Shown here one piece after another: positions 62,563 through 64,000 of a DNA stretch of 64,000 nucleotides. Below the pieces are notes generated by a model. The model was not told the origin of the DNA. It did no database searches and saw nothing but the letters and a program-made list of their open reading frames with translations. Location: assembly GCA_977862235.1 (NCBI GenBank), contig OZ374564.1, positions 2,666,001 through 2,730,000 on the forward strand, in the 5' to 3' direction. The stretch is from Dudresnaya verticillata (lineage: Eukaryota). Within the stretch, counting starts at the first letter, position 1. Each line of letters begins with the position of its first letter. A program made the position numbers and the translations under genes.

Positions 62563-63458
62563 CCGGAAAGGACCGTAACCTTACGGTGCCATCCGGTTGT
62601 GCATGTTTAACAAGCTATCACCGGATAGGACCGTAATCTTACGGTGCCATCCGTTTATGCATACTTAGCAAGCCATGACCGGATAGGACCGTAATCTTAC
62701 GGTGCCATCCGGTTGTGCATACCTAGTATCCGATGACCGGATAGGACCGTAACCTTACGGTGCCATCCGTTTATGCATACTTAGCAAACCATGACCGGAT
62801 AGGACCGTAACCTTACGGTGCTATCCGGTTGTGGATGCTTAAGAAGCTATCATCGGATAGGACCGTAATCTTACGGTGCCCTCCGCTTGGGCATACTTAG
62901 CAGGCTATCACCAGATAGGACTGTAGTAGTACGGTGCCATCCGTTTATGCATACTTAGCAAGCTATGACCGGTTAGGACCGAAATATTACGATGCTATCC
63001 GGTTGTGCATACTTAGACCGCTATGAGCGAATAGGACCGTAATATGACAGTGCCATCCTGTTGCCTAGCAATCTCTGACTGGATAGGACCGTAATCCTAC
63101 AGTGCCATCCGGTTGTGCACACTTAGCAAGCTATGCCCGGATAGGACCGTAATATGACAGTGCCATCCGTTTGTGCGCACTTAGCAAACTATGCCCGGAT
63201 AGGGCCGTAATATGACAGTGCCATCCGGTTGCGCATACCTAGCAAGCTCTGACTGGATAGGACCGTAACCGGATAGGACCGTAATATGACAGTGGCATCC
63301 GGTTGCGCATGCCTAGCAAGTTCTGACTGGATAGGACGGTAATCCTAAAGTACCATCCGGTTGTGCATACCTAGCAAGCTATGACCGGATAGGAACGTAA
63401 CCTTACGGTGCCATCCGGTTGTGCATGCTTAACAAGCTATCACCGGATAGGACCGTAA
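62563..63458. repeat. Cluster E: 58-bp tandem array = 34-bp palindrome + 24-bp linker
   Basis: 15 full copies (62563, 62621, 62679, 62737, 62795, 62853, 62911, 62969, 63027, 63079, 63137, 63195, 63269, 63327, 63385) and left half-sites at 63253 and 63443. Linker consensus TTGTGCATACTTAGCAAGCTATGA. Confidence 0.97.
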
Positions 63459-64000
63459 GGCTCCCTTTTGCGTTGTGCCTGGCCGCAAATGATATTGCGA
63501 TATTAGTTCTTGATACCGAAGCGGTGTGCCCTACATCCTAAAAGTTGGTCAACCAGGCAAGGGCAGGAAAATCTAAGCTGTAGTTTTGGAATGATTCCTG
63601 ACCATAAAGCCTCAAGCAGGAGACTTTTCCACCATGGAAGCCCAGTCTCTGGGTGGTTAAAACCGTGCTTGTGAGTGCCTATATAATATCGCTCGTTCCA
63701 CAGAGGAAAGGAGGGTGAGGAATATACTTCCTTTTATTCTGAGGGAGGAGACGGTTTTTCAATTCCATGTTGTTGCAGTTGGACGAGGTTCATATCAATG
63801 TCAATGCTGGATCGACTGGTGGTCCTTTAGAAGTGCAATAGGACAAGAAATGATGCAGTAGAACAAGCGTTGAGGATTGGAAGACAAGTTACAAAAGAAA
63901 GATTTAGACAATTGCATGGCGACGGTCACAGGTTGGACTACCTTTGCTTCGGCTAAACGAAGCCATCCCAGAAAGGTTTGGTTCTGCAAGAAATGTAAGA

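Noticed and set aside
62563..63458. CRISPR array (palindromic repeat plus spacer appearance; also 47.7 and 56.1 kb)
   Set aside because: Intervening sequences are homologous to each other rather than unique spacers, no cas-like ORF is visible, and the context is eukaryotic.

Overview
Eukaryotic, intron-poor DNA of moderate-to-high GC. A red-algal genome is the best guess, inferred from gene style only. The window has three zones. (1) 1-22 kb is mostly degenerate and transposon-derived, with a truncated ParB/Srx-motif ORF and a broken DDE-type transposase gene (7.9-10.9 kb). (2) 22-37 kb holds intact single-exon host genes: DP/E2F-like factor, HMGL/DRE-TIM-like plus EF-hand protein, Asp/Glu/hydantoin racemase, ABCC transporter and TDY-type MAP kinase, followed by a 1.15-kb foldback element. 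(3) About 39.9-63.5 kb is the most unusual part. It carries a roughly 1,890-codon gene, interrupted by one in-frame stop, that fuses an OrsD/DUF3505-like Zn domain, tyrosine-recombinase-like motifs and a RecQ-type helicase. It also has a mosaic of broken host gene fragments (ASNSD1-like, RPL3, M3 peptidase, GH16) and an intact 1,555-aa orphan ORF. More than 30 copies of one 34-bp palindrome (CCGGATAGCACCG-TANNNNTA-CGGTGCTATCCGG, 13-8-13 geometry like loxP/FRT) occur in five clusters with mutually unrelated linkers, including five in-frame copies inside the recombinase-helicase gene. I interpret this as a candidate large tyrosine-recombinase/helicase mobile element with arrays of its own target sites. 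All family assignments come from motif recognition by eye and need HMM or structure confirmation.
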